Source: a virus
Lineage: Duplodnaviria; Caudoviricetes
IMG/VR virus record: IMGVR_UViG_3300047550_001848
Coordinates: 1-54,755 of that record
Length of the DNA stretch: 54,755 nucleotides
Direction: 5' to 3' (one strand)
Position 1 is the first letter of the stretch; each line of letters begins with the position of its first letter. Shown piece by piece: positions 19,601 through 29,236 of the stretch. The notes beneath the pieces are model-generated. The model was not told the DNA's origin and made no database searches. It was given only the letters and a program-made list of their open reading frames with translations. Position numbers and translations under genes: made by a program.

Positions 19601-21101
19601 AGATAACGCACATTCCAGAACTATCACACTTGGGTCTAGTACAGTTACGTTAACATCCACTGCAAATACAGTAACTTTTACATCTTCGTTAAATTTAACA
19701 TTCTCCGCAGGAACTTCTAGTATCGTATGTAGTGGAGGGGTTACCGGTTTTACTTTTGACGGTGGGGGACAGACGTTCAGTAGTGTATCTTTTTCAGACA
19801 CAAGCAAAGGAGCACATACGATTGCCGGTGCCAATACTTTCAACAATTTGACCATTGCGGGCCAAACATCGGGGTCAATATTTACGCTTTCGCTATCCAA
19901 CGATCAAACCATTACAGGTACTTTAACCATCTCTGCGGGTACCAATGCTACAGGAAGAGTTTTCTTCGCATCTGACACTATCGGCACCACCCGTACATTA
20001 ACCTGCGCGGCGTTTTCGGGTACTGACGTTGATTTTCGAGATATCACCATTGCTGGTGCTGCTGCGCCTGTGTCTGGTACCCGCTTAGGAGATTGCAAGG
20101 GTAATAGCGGAATTACTTTTGCCGCAGGGGCTAACAAGTATTGGAACCTTGCAGGTGGGGGGAACTGGTCAGCCACAGGCTGGGCTACGTCAAGTGGAGG
20201 CGCAGTCGCGGCTAATAATTTCCCCCTTGCGCAAGATACTTGTTACTTTGAAGCCACTGGGCTAAACAGCGGATCTACAGTTACCGTCAATGCAGCCTAC
20301 AACATCGGCACTATCGACATGAGTGCCCGTACCAGCAACACGATGACGCTGGCTACAGGTACGACTACTCCAACGATTTACGGCAACTGGATCAACGGTA
20401 CAGGAACTACGCTGACTGGTACCGGTACGCTGACTTTTGCGGGGCGTGGTTCACAGACGATTACAAGTGTGGGGAGAACTTTTACTCAGCCAATTACTGT
20501 GGACACGCCTGGAGGATCGGCTACTCTACAGGACGCCTTTTTAAGTTCTTATACCACGAACGCGGCGCTTCTGATTACTAGCGGAAGTTTTAACGCTAAT
20601 AATTACAACGTAACACTTTCTTCTGGGGGCGTGTTTTCCAGCAATTCCAACACAAGAACTATTGGAATTGGTTCTGGTTTATGGATTCTTGGAGTGAGCG
20701 CGGGGAACGCATGGGGTAGCTCGACATCTACTAACTTAACCGTCACAGGCACAGGCACAATCCGTCTAACTTCCGCTTCTGCTAAAACATTCGCTGGTGG
20801 GGGAGCCGCGTACACTAGCATTACCATTGACCAAGGCGGCGCGGGTACATTGACCATTACGGGCAATAATACCCTTGGAAATATCTCAAACAGTTACAGC
20901 ACTACGGGGGCTACAACTATCGCAATGGGGACCACGACACAGACGGTTTCCCAATTTACGGCTACAGGCACCGTTGGTAACGTACTTACCCTCCAAGGTA
21001 CGTCAGCGTCTAACCCGTGTACTTTGATCTACACCGGGGCGGGTGACGTGACTGGGCTTGACTACTTAACGATTACTGGGGTTAGGGCGTACCCGCTATG
21101 A
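16608..21101 (+). CDS. Giant Thr/Gly/Ser-rich repeat protein, putative beta-solenoid fibre/adhesin
   Basis: AAGGAG SD + GTG; five YW..G.W....W...SGG....P...D motifs and long internal duplications. Confidence 0.8.
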   Translation: MADRYWVGGSGSWNSTTKWATSSGGASGASVPTSTDNAIFDANSGSGAVHYTVTVTASSTCANLTFTPVAANGVTQFVVDTGFVIAGTFSTSGTQGNRRAWFYSSTYGLLRDMQIATIGTVTDVDFRDIRVTGAGGTLSGTRLGDLKGCSGITFDAPKTVYWNLAAGGNWSATAWAATSGGAVSTNNFPLAQDTAIIENTGLNTSATVTWDNVITYSGTLDMSTRSNAMTFATGTTTPTIYGDWKNGAGVTFTGTGIITFSGRNTQTITSSGKTFTQPLTVDSYGGTVQLADALNIGATTLTVTNGTFSTQNFNVTAGVLSSSNSNVRAIQLGSSTVTLSVTGAVSFTTSTNLTLNAGTSQITLTDPAPTFAGGTGLTFYNLTFSGIGAGSIATFTGTSVFNNVSVTSNASAGLVIVTFQNNQTIDGTLTVAGASAVRRIFLRSNTIGTTRTLTVNSLSADDCDFRDITIAGTAAGSSPTRAGDCGGNSGVTFPSTKTVYWNLSGAQNWSATGWATTSGGSPALNNFPLAQDTAVFDNTGSVTGTITINAAWNIGTFDASARTSAMTLTTSTIAPFIYGDWKFGTGVTSSSTTGAVTFGKRGTQTITSNGVTFGCPVTINAASGTTQLADALALGSTRTLTVTSGTFDAVSYSVTTGLFTLSAATGTLQMGSGTWTLSGTGAVWTNTGGTFYKSTANIVLSDTSTTARTFAGGGRSYNKLTIGGTTGISTLTITGNNQFTELASTKTVAHTIALGTTTQTLGAWTVTGAIGNVVTVTGTATVTIAGARVTGVDYLALGTTVVSATSPAEFYAGANSTGGTNAILTAAPAGVTRYWVGGSGTWDATTTSHWSATSGGATGASVPTSADAVVFDSASNATAYTVTCTATQLRCGSLTISGPASGNVTWAGTAPLAIHGDVSLPATGITRSYTGGITLTSSSTGRTFTTNGIVLASAVTVNGVGCGWTLGSAIDIGSSVLTVTNGSFSTGNYAVTAQSLSSDNAHSRTITLGSSTVTLTSTANTVTFTSSLNLTFSAGTSSIVCSGGVTGFTFDGGGQTFSSVSFSDTSKGAHTIAGANTFNNLTIAGQTSGSIFTLSLSNDQTITGTLTISAGTNATGRVFFASDTIGTTRTLTCAAFSGTDVDFRDITIAGAAAPVSGTRLGDCKGNSGITFAAGANKYWNLAGGGNWSATGWATSSGGAVAANNFPLAQDTCYFEATGLNSGSTVTVNAAYNIGTIDMSARTSNTMTLATGTTTPTIYGNWINGTGTTLTGTGTLTFAGRGSQTITSVGRTFTQPITVDTPGGSATLQDAFLSSYTTNAALLITSGSFNANNYNVTLSSGGVFSSNSNTRTIGIGSGLWILGVSAGNAWGSSTSTNLTVTGTGTIRLTSASAKTFAGGGAAYTSITIDQGGAGTLTITGNNTLGNISNSYSTTGATTIAMGTTTQTVSQFTATGTVGNVLTLQGTSASNPCTLIYTGAGDVTGLDYLTITGVRAYPL

Positions 21102-21781
21102 CTTGGTTTGCTGGCGCAAATTCGACGAACAACGGCTCGCTTGGATGGCTATTCGAAGCAAGTGGGCCAATTGTCTACGATGCGTCGGTAACAGAAACTA
21201 GCTCCGGCGCGGATGCGATAACAAGCGGTCTTGCGTATCTAAGCAGTGTCATTGAAACTAGTTCCGGCACGGACGTCATTGTTGGCGTTATGAGTGTCTC
21301 AGCGTCGGTAAATGAGATAGGTTCCACGCTTGATACTACGGCGGCTCAAGTGGTGTTTGGCGGCACAATATCCGAAACTAGCTCCGGGGCGGACGTTTTA
21401 TCGGGCGGTCTTTTGTATCTTGGTAGTATTTCGGAGACTGGCTCCGGGACGGATGCGGCAACAGGCGGTCTTGCGTATCTAAGTAGTATTTCGGAGACTG
21501 GTTCCGGCGCGGACACCGTACTTACCCAAGTAGCGTTCAATGGGTCGGTGCCGGAATCGGCGGTGGGGGCGGACACTCTTACTACGGCTATCGTTTTTGT
21601 AGCAGCTACGACAGATGCAGCAACCGCTACGGATGTTGCTGCAAGCGGGTTTTTATGGAACCTAATTAACGACGCCCAGCCCGGGGAGTGGAGCACTATG
21701 AACACCGCGCAAACCTCCGATTGGACTGTAATAAATGATACCGCGCCGACTGTGTGGACAAACATTAAAACGGTAAACTAA
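21098..21781 (+). CDS. 20-aa-periodic repeat stalk protein
   Basis: S-[VI]-x-E-T-[SG]-S-G-x-D units; 60-bp DNA periodicity; ATGA overlap with the upstream gene. Confidence 0.75.
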   Translation: MTWFAGANSTNNGSLGWLFEASGPIVYDASVTETSSGADAITSGLAYLSSVIETSSGTDVIVGVMSVSASVNEIGSTLDTTAAQVVFGGTISETSSGADVLSGGLLYLGSISETGSGTDAATGGLAYLSSISETGSGADTVLTQVAFNGSVPESAVGADTLTTAIVFVAATTDAATATDVAASGFLWNLINDAQPGEWSTMNTAQTSDWTVINDTAPTVWTNIKTVN

Positions 21782-21793
21782 CCCCATTTTACC

Positions 21794-21823
21794 TTGCAAG
21801 TCATATGGGTAAACCGCTACCAT
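21794..21823 (+). promoter_or_regulatory. Possible promoter for the tail fibre gene
   Basis: TTGCAA-N18-TACCAT in an 86-bp intergenic gap. Confidence 0.35.
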
Positions 21824-21867
21824 TGACTGATTAGGCTGGGTACTTTTGCGTGGTTTAAGGAGCCCAA

Positions 21868-23148
21868 ATGGCTACGTATAGCACAAACCTGAAATTGACT
21901 TTGATAGCTACCGGTGACGAGTCCGGTACGTGGGGTACTACGACAAACACTAATCTAGGTACGCTGCTTGAGCAGGCGATTTCGGGCTACACCACGCAAG
22001 CTATTACGGACGGTGCGGATACCACAATTACTATTCCTAACGGCGCGACGGGCGTTGCGCGGAACATGGTTATTGAGTGCACTGGAGCACTTACCGCGGC
22101 GCGCAATTTGGTAGTCCCGGCAAGCACAAAGCTTTACTTTATCTATAACAATACGTCGGGCGGATACGCAGTCACTGTCAAAGTCAGCGGGCAAACCGGC
22201 GTGTCTGTGCCTAACGGGGCAAAAGTGTTGCTCATGAGCAACGGCACCGACATCGTATCTGCGACTAGCTACGTCGCGTCTTTGACCCTTGGCTCGGCTC
22301 TTGCTGCCACCTCCGGGGGTACTGGGTTGGCTAGTTACACCACGGGGGATATTTTGTATGCCTCGTCTGCGTCTGCGCTGTCCAAGCTTGCGGGGGTTGC
22401 TGTTGGTAACGCACTAATTTCTGGGGGTGTGGGCACTGCACCTGCGTGGGGGAAAATTAGTCTTACTGGGGCGGTTTCCGGTACTTTGCCCGTGGCGAAC
22501 GGGGGTACAGGAGTTACGTCGTCTACTGGATCTGGGTCCGTTGTACTTTCAACTTCTCCGACGTTTACAACTCCAAACCTCGGTACCCCTTCTGCGGGGG
22601 TTCTAACAAACGCAACGGGGCTTCCTCTGACAACCGGGGTCACCGGCACGCTCCCCGTCGCTAATGGGGGGACTGGAACCGCGTCGTTGACCGCTAACAA
22701 TGTTTTGTTGGGCAACGGCACCTCTGCGGTTCAGGTTGTAGCCCCCGGCACAGCCGGTAATGTTCTGACTTCAACTGGTACAACATGGGCTTCAACAGCC
22801 CCCGCATCGGCGGTAACGTCAGTAAACAGCCAAACTGGTGCGGTGGTCACTACGGGGGTTGATAGTATTGGGTGCACGATGTGGCTTATGTGTTCAAACA
22901 CCGCGGACCTAGGGGCGGTGGGGGTGACTGTCAGCGGCTCCAACCTGCGCTACGGGTATAGTACTAATAATTCAAGAACTCAAACGGAATATGCAGCTAA
23001 TGCCTCTAATACGTATTCCGCGGGGGGCACCTCCCTAGCTAGTGGGGGCACGTGGCGTAAAATGAGTAGTGGCCCAACATGGGTGGATGACTCTGGCGGT
23101 AGCGGGGCCTACTATTGGTACCCGCAACTCTTTGTTCGGATTTCCTAA
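21868..23148 (+). CDS. Tail fibre protein
   Basis: AAGGAG SD; N-terminal GTWGTTTN anchor; repeated GTLPVANGGTG shaft motifs; VTSVN..TG; short C-terminal tip. Confidence 0.8.
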   Translation: MATYSTNLKLTLIATGDESGTWGTTTNTNLGTLLEQAISGYTTQAITDGADTTITIPNGATGVARNMVIECTGALTAARNLVVPASTKLYFIYNNTSGGYAVTVKVSGQTGVSVPNGAKVLLMSNGTDIVSATSYVASLTLGSALAATSGGTGLASYTTGDILYASSASALSKLAGVAVGNALISGGVGTAPAWGKISLTGAVSGTLPVANGGTGVTSSTGSGSVVLSTSPTFTTPNLGTPSAGVLTNATGLPLTTGVTGTLPVANGGTGTASLTANNVLLGNGTSAVQVVAPGTAGNVLTSTGTTWASTAPASAVTSVNSQTGAVVTTGVDSIGCTMWLMCSNTADLGAVGVTVSGSNLRYGYSTNNSRTQTEYAANASNTYSAGGTSLASGGTWRKMSSGPTWVDDSGGSGAYYWYPQLFVRIS

Positions 23149-23161
23149 AAACGGGCACATC

Positions 23162-23338
23162 ATGGCTAATAAATGGATTCAGAAAGCAATTAAAGCCCCC
23201 GGGGCACTGCGTAAGTCGCTTGGGGCGAAGCCCGGAAAACCTATCCCCGTAAGTAAACTTGCATCTGCTGCGGCTAAGCCCGGTAAACTGGGGCAACGCG
23301 CCCGCCTCGCGCAAACCCTGCGCAAATTGGATAAATAG
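23162..23338 (+). CDS. 58-aa highly basic protein
   Basis: MANKWIQKAIKAPGALRKSLG...RARLAQTLRKL; start reassigned from the ORF track. Confidence 0.7.
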   Translation: MANKWIQKAIKAPGALRKSLGAKPGKPIPVSKLASAAAKPGKLGQRARLAQTLRKLDK

Positions 23339-23343
23339 CTATC

Positions 23344-23841
23344 GTGGAGCCAATTACCGCGGCTCTTGCTGCTATTGCAGCAGTAAAAAAGACTGTCGAG
23401 GTCATTAAACAAGCACGATCGGCGGTTGATGACGTAGCCAGTCTAGGCCCGATGCTTGGCACGTACTTTGGCAACAAATCTAAAGCTGCGCAGGCTTTGC
23501 AGGAAGCTAAGGAGGCAGGAGGGTCAAATCTTGCCCAAGCCATTCAATTAGAAATGGAGCTTCTTTCGCAAAAGCAGTTTGAAGAAGAACTTAAGATGCT
23601 GTTCTTCCAATCGGGGCATGCGGATATTTGGCAAAACATCCAGAAACGTATCGCAGAGTCTGAACGGGAACTGCGGGAAGCACAACGCCGGGAACGCGAA
23701 GCGGCAATCCAGCGTAAGAAAAAATTAAAGCAGCGCATCGAGGTGGCTATCGGGGTCGTGCTAGGGCTCTCGTTTATACCCGTAGTAATATGGGCAATTA
23801 TTGAGCTTGCGATTTTGATCCGAGATATGAAAGGGATATGA
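23344..23841 (+). CDS. Coiled-coil protein with C-terminal TM helix (lysis region)
   Basis: Charged coiled coil followed by hydrophobic VAIGVVLGLSFIPVVIWAII. Confidence 0.7.
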   Translation: MEPITAALAAIAAVKKTVEVIKQARSAVDDVASLGPMLGTYFGNKSKAAQALQEAKEAGGSNLAQAIQLEMELLSQKQFEEELKMLFFQSGHADIWQNIQKRIAESERELREAQRREREAAIQRKKKLKQRIEVAIGVVLGLSFIPVVIWAIIELAILIRDMKGI

Positions 23842-24248
23842 TGTTTCCACTTACTGCGTTGCTTGAAGTCGGTGGTAGGATCCTCGATAAAGTTATCCCC
23901 GACCCTGAGGCGAAGGCAAAAGCGCAACAGGAATTGGCGCAGCTTCACCAATCTGGTGAGCTTGCCAAGATGGCAAATGAGACAAAGCTCTACGAAACTG
24001 AGCAGGAAAACATCACTGCTCGTCATAGTGCGGACATGGGTAGTGATTCTTGGCTGTCTAAGAACATCCGCCCTATGACACTCATAGCCATCCTCGCAGG
24101 CTACTTCACATTTGCCATGATGTCGGCATTTGGGAAAGACACGAATAAAGAATACGTGCAACTGCTCGGACAGTGGGGGATGCTCATTATGAGTTTTTAC
24201 TTCGGCGGCAGGACGCTTGAAAAAATTATCGACATGAGACGCAAATGA
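23838..24248 (+). CDS. Holin (GTA 3TM holin-like)
   Basis: DKVIPDP, SWLSKNIRP, FYFGGRTLEK. Confidence 0.75.
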   Translation: MMFPLTALLEVGGRILDKVIPDPEAKAKAQQELAQLHQSGELAKMANETKLYETEQENITARHSADMGSDSWLSKNIRPMTLIAILAGYFTFAMMSAFGKDTNKEYVQLLGQWGMLIMSFYFGGRTLEKIIDMRRK

Positions 24249-24487
24249 CGGTGAAAGATTTTTGTATTTGCATCTCTACGCTTGCATTAGCAAGTGTTGT
24301 CGGTGCAATGTGTTGGATGTTCGGCTACGCCACGATTGACCCGACGGTCGACACCAAAGAAGTCTTTGCGCATATCGGCCCTGCGTTTCAAACGATTGTA
24401 GGTGGGTTTATTGGCTTGATTACCGGTATTCGGGTGGGGGAAGCAAGGCCAAAGGAAAAAGAGAAGGAGGGAGTAAGTGAAAGCTAA
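24245..24487 (+). CDS. Two-TM membrane protein (holin/antiholin candidate)
   Basis: Two hydrophobic helices; PAFQTIVGGFIG. Confidence 0.6.
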   Translation: MTVKDFCICISTLALASVVGAMCWMFGYATIDPTVDTKEVFAHIGPAFQTIVGGFIGLITGIRVGEARPKEKEKEGVSES

Positions 24488-24992
24488 TTTCGACCGCGCG
24501 TTACGGGCAGTGTTGATGCATGAAGGCGGTTTTGTAAACCACCCGGCGGACCCCGGCGGGATGACAAATCTTGGCTGCACTAAGCGGGTTTGGGAGGAGT
24601 GGTGCGGGCACGAAGTTGACGAAAAAACTATGCGGTCGCTGACCCCCGACAAAGTTGCACCTTTATATAAAGCGAAGTATTGGGATAAGATTTCTGGGGA
24701 TGATCTGCCTTCCGGCGTCGATTACTGTGTGTTTGACTGCGCGATTAATTCTGGCCCCGGGCGCGCGGCAAAATTTTTGCAGCAGGTTGTTGGGGCTACG
24801 CCTGATGGCGCAATCGGCCCCGCTACACTTAAGGCTGTTGCAGCGCTTCCGGTAGCTGACGTAGTAAACAAATACTGTGCAGAGCGGCTTGCGTTTCTGC
24901 AAGCGTTGAAGACGTGGGCTACGTTTGGCACCGGCTGGAGCCGGAGGGTCGCAGAAGTGCGTGAGCACGCATTGGTACAGGGATGTGCCTAG
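24477..24992 (+). CDS. Endolysin, glycoside hydrolase family 108 with peptidoglycan-binding domain
   Basis: HEGGFVNHPADPGGMTNLG, FDCAINSG, DGAIGPATL, GWSRR. Confidence 0.92.
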   Translation: MKANFDRALRAVLMHEGGFVNHPADPGGMTNLGCTKRVWEEWCGHEVDEKTMRSLTPDKVAPLYKAKYWDKISGDDLPSGVDYCVFDCAINSGPGRAAKFLQQVVGATPDGAIGPATLKAVAALPVADVVNKYCAERLAFLQALKTWATFGTGWSRRVAEVREHALVQGCA

Positions 24993-25007
24993 GTGTAAAG
25001 GTGCGCT

Positions 25008-27155
25008 ATGCCGCTACAAAAACTTCAGTTTCGCCCCGGGGTTAACCGCGAAAATACAAACTACGCGGGGGAGGGGGGATGGTACGACTGCGATAAGATT
25101 CGTTTTCGTTCAGGCTTCCCTGAAAAAATTGGGGGTTGGCAAAATATCGCCGCATTAGACGGAGGAACTCCGTACACCTATAAGGGGGTGTGTCGCACCG
25201 TCTGGAATTGGATTACGCTTAATAACACTAATTTGCTTGCCCTTGGTACGGAGCAGAAGCTATATACAGAAAATGGCGGAGCGTACTATGATATTACGCC
25301 AATCCGAGATACCAGTACGATAAACAGTAACCCTTTTGCAATTACTAGCGGGTCTAAACTTGCCACTGTGACGGACACCGCGCATGGGGCTACCGCGGGT
25401 ACTTACGTTACTTTTTCTGGCGCTACCGGTGCCGACTACACGGTATTCAACGCCGAGTATGAAATTATCACCGTAATAGACGCAAACTCCTATACAGTTA
25501 TTCTCTCTTCGGCGGCTACAGCGACGGGGTCCGGGGGTGGAGCATCCGTTACCGCAGCTTACCAAGCCAACTCCGGTAATTCTGTTGCTTCCCCCGGCGT
25601 AGGGTGGGGGGTTGGGCCATGGGGCCGAGATGGTTGGGGGGAGGAATACTCAGGTACCGCGGTAGTGCAAGAATCAAATGCGCTTCGCCTTTGGTCACTC
25701 GATAATTACGGGGAAGATCTTGCGGTCGCTATCCGTGAAGGGGCGCTTTACTATTGGGTGGCAGACACGACTACTAGCCCCGCCCGTGCGGTGACGTTGG
25801 AAAGTCTGGCTACTGCCGCGGGGTACGATGGGGATTTTGTACCCAACCGAGTGTACGAGCTTCATACATCGGGGGTGCAACGTTTTGCAATAACGATTGG
25901 GGCTAACCCATATGACCCCGCGGATTCGGAAACCGCGTTTGACCCGATGCTTGTTAGGTGGTCTGACCAAGAAAGCATCTATGAATGGGTACCCGCGGCC
26001 ACGAATCAGGCCGGAGAGTTACGTCTTTCTCATGGATCACAACTCGTGACCGGGCGGCATAGTCGTCAGGAATTTATAGTCTGGTCGGATAGCGCTATAT
26101 ACACCATGCAGTACCTCGGCCCTCCTTATGTATGGGGTATAAACCTTCTTATGGATGGGATTTCAATTGCTTCCCCCAATGCAGTTGTAGGCTCAAGTAA
26201 CATCCAATTTTGGATGGGGGTAGACAAATTTTATATGTATGACGGACGGGTCCAGACGCTGCCGTGTACGGTGCGGCAGTATGTTTTTGACGACATTAAC
26301 TCTACACAGTTGTATCAAGTGGTTGCAGGAGGTAATGAGCAGTATAGTGAAGTGTGGTGGTTCTACCCGTCTGCAAATAGCTACGTCAATGATCGGTACG
26401 TTGTCTATAACTATCTGGATAACGCGTGGTACTACGGCACACTTAACCGGACAGCGTGGTTAGATTCCCCCCTCCGCGTCAAACCTATGGGGGCGTACAG
26501 CGTGCGAACTACGTATCTTTCCGCCGCCGCTACTGCGTCGGATACATCCCTTTCAGTTGTCGATGCGGCATCATATCCCGCCGCAGGGGTGGTGCAGATT
26601 GACAGTGAGCAAATTGCGTACACTGACCGGACTCCTACTTCTCTTAATGGCTGTACACGTGGGTACAACAATACTACGGCAGCAACGCATGTAGCATATT
26701 CAACCGCGGGGTTAACCATACCGAATCAGGTTATGTACCATGAGGTCGGGAACGACGATTATTCCGCAACTACGGGGGTCGCAATCACTGCGTATATTAG
26801 CTCGTCTGACTTTGATATTGGGGATGGGCATAACTTTGGGTTTATATGGCGGATCCTCCCCGATTTGACGTTTGATGGGTCTACCACGCCTTCTCCTAAC
26901 TACCCCAGTGTCACGATGGTATGTAAGCCGCGACAGAACTCCGGCACCGCTTACGGTGCCCCCGATGCCCCCGCAGTGACGAGCACGCAGAACTACAATA
27001 CCCAGCGGGTCTACACCGTGCAGCAGTTTACGGGGCAAGTGTACACGCGGGTACGCGGGCGGCAGATGCAGTTTGAAGTTCGCTCCACCGAGTTAGGGGT
27101 TGCATGGCAGCTTGGTACCCCGAGAATCGACATCCGTCCTGATGGGAAGAGGTAA
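25008..27155 (+). CDS. Tail nozzle/hub protein (P22 gp10 / T7 gp12-like beta-propeller)
   Basis: 715 aa; VRWSDQE, EVWWFYP, RTAW, TRVRGRQ; contains inserted small beta domains. Confidence 0.7.
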   Translation: MPLQKLQFRPGVNRENTNYAGEGGWYDCDKIRFRSGFPEKIGGWQNIAALDGGTPYTYKGVCRTVWNWITLNNTNLLALGTEQKLYTENGGAYYDITPIRDTSTINSNPFAITSGSKLATVTDTAHGATAGTYVTFSGATGADYTVFNAEYEIITVIDANSYTVILSSAATATGSGGGASVTAAYQANSGNSVASPGVGWGVGPWGRDGWGEEYSGTAVVQESNALRLWSLDNYGEDLAVAIREGALYYWVADTTTSPARAVTLESLATAAGYDGDFVPNRVYELHTSGVQRFAITIGANPYDPADSETAFDPMLVRWSDQESIYEWVPAATNQAGELRLSHGSQLVTGRHSRQEFIVWSDSAIYTMQYLGPPYVWGINLLMDGISIASPNAVVGSSNIQFWMGVDKFYMYDGRVQTLPCTVRQYVFDDINSTQLYQVVAGGNEQYSEVWWFYPSANSYVNDRYVVYNYLDNAWYYGTLNRTAWLDSPLRVKPMGAYSVRTTYLSAAATASDTSLSVVDAASYPAAGVVQIDSEQIAYTDRTPTSLNGCTRGYNNTTAATHVAYSTAGLTIPNQVMYHEVGNDDYSATTGVAITAYISSSDFDIGDGHNFGFIWRILPDLTFDGSTTPSPNYPSVTMVCKPRQNSGTAYGAPDAPAVTSTQNYNTQRVYTVQQFTGQVYTRVRGRQMQFEVRSTELGVAWQLGTPRIDIRPDGKR

Positions 27156-27162
27156 CGGTTAG

Positions 27163-28047
27163 ATGGCTATCCTTCGGGTATCGCGTGCTCCTTTTCTTAT
27201 TAACGCGCCACAAGACTATCAGGCGCGATACCATGACCAGCTAAACCGAGAGCTACGTAATTACTTTAATACGCTTGATAACGGATTAGCTGCGGTATTT
27301 GGCCCCTATGGTGGGGACTATCTTACTTTCTCCTATGGGGCATTCTTAAGCACCCAAGACCAAGCGGACGGGTCCACAACAACTGCGTATCCGATTACCT
27401 ACGATACTATTACCTTCAGTCAAAATGTATCCCTCGGGGCTAATTCCGCTGTTTTTACGGGGACAATTGACGATGGCGCGGCCCCCGGAGCGGGCACAGT
27501 ATTGACAGTTACCGCGATGACTTCAGGAACTATCACCCCCGGGATGTTGATAACGGGGGGTTCCATCACTGCGGGTACACGAATTGTCTCGTTCGGAACA
27601 GGAACCGGCGGCGCTGGCACTTACACCGTCAATACGTCTCAAGAACGTACGTCTACCAGTATCACCGGCACTCAAAACTCGCGTATCGAGTTTGCAGAGG
27701 CGGGGGTTTACAACATTCAGTTCAGTGTGCAGTTTACCAATACCGATACCCAGATCCACGACACAGATATTTGGCTCCGTCGTAACGGTGTAGATGTTGA
27801 TAATAGTAACAGTCAATTCTCGGTGCCTAACAAGCACGGCGGGGTCGATGGGCACTTAATTGCGGCACTCAATTTTTTTGTGCAAGTTGCCGTAGATGAT
27901 TACATTGAACTCATATGGGCGACGCAAAGTAACAGTGTCACGATAGATTATCTCCCCGCTCAAACAAGCCCGACACGCCCCGCTACCCCCTCGGTAGTCG
28001 TCACAGCCGCCCGAGTTTCCGACGTTACGTCAGATATTTACGGGTGA
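27163..28047 (+). CDS. Tail needle/fibre-like protein with C1q/BclA-like C-terminal domain
   Basis: N-terminal helix LRNYFNTLD; [18 protein letters not shown]. Confidence 0.6.
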   Translation: MAILRVSRAPFLINAPQDYQARYHDQLNRELRNYFNTLDNGLAAVFGPYGGDYLTFSYGAFLSTQDQADGSTTTAYPITYDTITFSQNVSLGANSAVFTGTIDDGAAPGAGTVLTVTAMTSGTITPGMLITGGSITAGTRIVSFGTGTGGAGTYTVNTSQERTSTSITGTQNSRIEFAEAGVYNIQFSVQFTNTDTQIHDTDIWLRRNGVDVDNSNSQFSVPNKHGGVDGHLIAALNFFVQVAVDDYIELIWATQSNSVTIDYLPAQTSPTRPATPSVVVTAARVSDVTSDIYG

Positions 28048-28053
28048 TATAAT
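28045..28053 (+). promoter_or_regulatory. Extended -10 promoter for the ejection-protein genes
   Basis: TG-A-TATAAT, 25 nt before ATG 28079 (AAGGA SD). Confidence 0.55.
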
Positions 28054-28078
28054 CCGCCAAATCCATAAGGATACCGCC

Positions 28079-29236
28079 ATGAAAGATATAGCCGCTGGTC
28101 TTGCCTCCCTTGGGCGCGGTCCTGACACCATGCTGGTGCACATGACACCGGGGGAAGTTGCGGGTCTTCAGTCGCTTGCCAAGGCACACGGCGGTTCTCT
28201 GACGCTCAACCCTCATACTGGGCTCCCCGAGGCGGGTTTCCTAAGCAACATTCTGCCGACTGTTTTGGGGATAGGGCTTAGTTTTATGGGCGTCCCGGCT
28301 TGGGCCGCGGGACTTGGGGTCGGTGGGATTGAAGCCGCCCGTACGGGGGATATTGGCAAAGGGTTGATGGCGGGCTTGGGGGCTTTCGGCGGGGCAGGGA
28401 TGGGGGGTGCTCTGAGTGAGGTAGGTGCGGGAGCGCTAGGACATGAGGCGGGGCTTCAGGCTATCGGCGCAGCGGATTTCAACGCTATGACCCCTGAAGT
28501 AACGCATCAATACGCTCAAAAGTTTCAAGCCGCGCAACCCACAGGGGTTACTGGGGCGCTACAAACCGCAGGGCGGGGGCTTTCGGAACTTGGTTCTCAA
28601 TTTGCGGCCTCTCCTTCGCAAGCGTTATCCACTGCGGGGACCGCTCTTCAAAACGCCTATGGGGGTAAATACGGCCAAATGGCTGCGGGTATTGGCGCTC
28701 TTGGTGCGCTAGGAGGGGTCGAACAGCCTAAGACGATGCAGCTACCGCAGGAAGAGCGGTCCCAAGCCAAGCTGGCGCAGCCATTCCGCCGCCCCTATGA
28801 CCCCACGGCCCCGGGGGGATACTACTTCACGGACTACGGTACGCTTCGCCCTACGTACACGAACGGGGGGGTAGTCGCTTTTAGCCAAGGGGGTGCGCCG
28901 GAATTGAGTGACGGCGGATTTGTGTTGCCCGCTGATGTGGTAAGCCACCTAGGTAATGGGGATACAGATTCCGGCTTGGCATACGTGGCTAAACGATTAG
29001 GTGCAACTCCAATCAAGGGGGCTGGAGACGGGATGAGTGACTCGATTCCTACGTCTATCGATGGTAAACAGCGTGCGCGTGTAGCGGCGGGGGAAGCGTA
29101 TATCCCTCCGGAAAAAGTCCAGCGCATGGGCGGGGCTAAAAAACTTTACGCGATGATGGGTAAGGTCCGTCAGGCGCGTACTGGCTCAACTAAGCAAGGT
29201 CGGCAAATCAACCCGGAAAGGTTTATGCCCGCATGA
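28079..29236 (+). CDS. Internal virion/ejection protein
   Basis: GRGPDTMLVH..NPHTGLPE, Gly/Ala hydrophobic stretches, GAGDGMSDSIP. Confidence 0.65.
   Translation: MKDIAAGLASLGRGPDTMLVHMTPGEVAGLQSLAKAHGGSLTLNPHTGLPEAGFLSNILPTVLGIGLSFMGVPAWAAGLGVGGIEAARTGDIGKGLMAGLGAFGGAGMGGALSEVGAGALGHEAGLQAIGAADFNAMTPEVTHQYAQKFQAAQPTGVTGALQTAGRGLSELGSQFAASPSQALSTAGTALQNAYGGKYGQMAAGIGALGALGGVEQPKTMQLPQEERSQAKLAQPFRRPYDPTAPGGYYFTDYGTLRPTYTNGGVVAFSQGGAPELSDGGFVLPADVVSHLGNGDTDSGLAYVAKRLGATPIKGAGDGMSDSIPTSIDGKQRARVAAGEAYIPPEKVQRMGGAKKLYAMMGKVRQARTGSTKQGRQINPERFMPA

Noticed and set aside
21868-23148. Diversity-generating retroelement targeting the tail fibre (LPVANGGTG shaft resembles Mtd-type fibres)
   Set aside because: No reverse transcriptase and no template-repeat copy of the fibre 3' end seen in the window
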